Below, one piece after another: positions 62,560 through 64,000 of a stretch of 64,000 nt of DNA. The number at the start of each line of letters is the position of its first letter. Positions within the stretch are counted from its first letter, which is position 1. The notes under the pieces are model-generated. The model was given only the letters and a program-made list of their open reading frames with translations. It searched no databases and was not told where the DNA came from. The DNA comes from Azolla caroliniana. Taxonomy: Eukaryota; Plantae; Polypodiophyta. The position numbers and the translations under genes are program-made. The DNA lies in contig JBHGNT010000010.1 of the NCBI GenBank assembly GCA_043228905.1, positions 1,984,001 to 2,048,000 of the forward strand, written 5' to 3'.

Positions 62560-64000
62560 TGTTGGGATTTCGGTCCCTCCGGATGGGATGTCCGGAGATG
62601 AATGACGGCAAGCCCGGAGGCTGTTACGGAACCGTATGATGAAGAGTACCCGGCATGAAGCCGGATGAAGAGTACCCGGTTACGGAGCCAGATGCTGAAG
62701 ACCCCGGTTACGGAGCCGGTTGACGTATGTACCCGGAGAGAGATCCGGATGCGGGGACATATCTGTGAATATGTTTGCCAAGGGCCCTTGAGGCTATATT
62801 TGTAAATAGCCCGAAAGTCATATGTGTATAAATATGACTTAGGGCAAACAGTTTTGTTGTTGCTCATTTTCTATTTTCCACTAAGAGGGAGCGAAGTGAG
62901 AGCAGCCGAGAGAGAGTGAGAGAGAAGGAGGAAGGAAGAGGTCGACGCCTCTGTGTAATACCGCCGCCTGTGGCGAGGACAACGAGCTCAAGGTCGTCGC
63001 CTTGCAGCTCGCCATTGTACATTCCCGCGTATAGTGATAGTTGGAGTCTTGCACTCCCGTGGTTTTTCCCATTTAGGGTTTTCCACGTAAAACATCCAGT
63101 GTGCCCTTCTCTCTATTGTTTTTCGTGCATTGTTGTATTTCCCGTTTTCTGTGAATCGATCCTGTTCCTCGGTTGTGGCCGAGCACGGAAGTCCGACAAA
63201 GTGGTATCAGAGCGACGGTAACACAGAAAATGGAAGGCGGCAGCAGCGGGCAGCCGGGGATGATGGTGCTAAATGCGCAGAACTACGCCGACTGGAAGAT
63301 AAAGATGGAGGATCTGCTCATTGTTCGGGACCTGTATGAACCGATCGACAGGTCGGAAATACCCAAGGGGGTACTTGAGACGGAGTGGAGGCTTCTGAAC
63401 CGGAAAGCCGTTGCAACCATTCGGCAATACGTCGACGTGAGCGTTCTACAACACGTGGCGAACGACACCAACGCATATGAGATGTGGCGGAAGCTGTCGG
63501 GCCTCTACGAGAGGAAGAATGCGTTGAACCGGACCTCCCTGATGAGAAAGATAGTGAACCTCAAGTACCGGGACGGCGAGAGTATGGTGGAACACGTAAG
63601 CACGTTCATGGGATTCGTGAACCAGCTTGCGGCGATCAAGTTCCCGTTGGAGGATGCAATGCAAGCCATCATCCTGATGTGTACATTGCCGGACAGCTGG
63701 GAGAACTTGGTGGTGACTCTCAGCACCTCCTGCACCGAAGATAACTTGTCCCTACAAACGGTAAAGACAAGTATTTTGAATGAAGAAGCGCGTCGGAGAG
63801 ATAAAGAACCGGTTTCTGATCAGAAGATGCTGCTTACCGAATCGGATCGGGGAAGATAATGGAACCGGAGTCCGCAAAGACGGGAGAAGTCGGGGACCCG
63901 GTCGCAGTCAAGAGGAAGGCCAACATGCTTCCACTGTGGGAAGCCGGGGCACTTCCGGAAGAATTGTCGGCATTACCGAAAGGACAACGGAGCCGACGAC
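62560..64000 (+). mobile_element. Copia of the 6223 family, cut by the window edge
   Basis: LTR 62560-63198; PBS TGGTATCAGAGC. gag from ATG 63230 is nearly identical in protein to the 6927 ORF; premature TAA at 63857-63859. Confidence 0.95.

Overview
Plant nuclear DNA, probably from a non-seed plant (inferred from the transposon lineages). Bases 1-34 kb and 56-64 kb are nested transposon clusters; 35-56 kb holds two intact minus-strand genes, a CYP704B-like P450 (6 exons) and a peroxisomal glycolate oxidase (11 coding exons, C-terminal SRL). The left cluster is four levels deep. A decayed Sola-like DNA transposase gene is split by a tRNA-Trp-primed Gypsy (1761-24499). That Gypsy carries a young Copia (6223-16964) and a chromovirus (18254-23543). 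The Copia in turn carries a 5.3-kb non-autonomous LTR element (9410-14696). This innermost element is the most unusual object. It has no pol, and one ~1290-codon frame fuses a Gag capsid region to a long repetitive tail. It has a perfect 18-nt tRNA-Trp PBS, a 4-bp ACGT target duplication and a pre-PPT hairpin shared with its likely helper lineage. It is almost free of CAG/CTG although very rich in CG/CCG. Other notable signals are Tf1-type self-priming chromovirus LTRs with a hairpin over the primer, tRNA-like A/B boxes inside two unrelated LTR families, and a co-varying TATA hairpin in Copia LTRs. All counts were made by eye.
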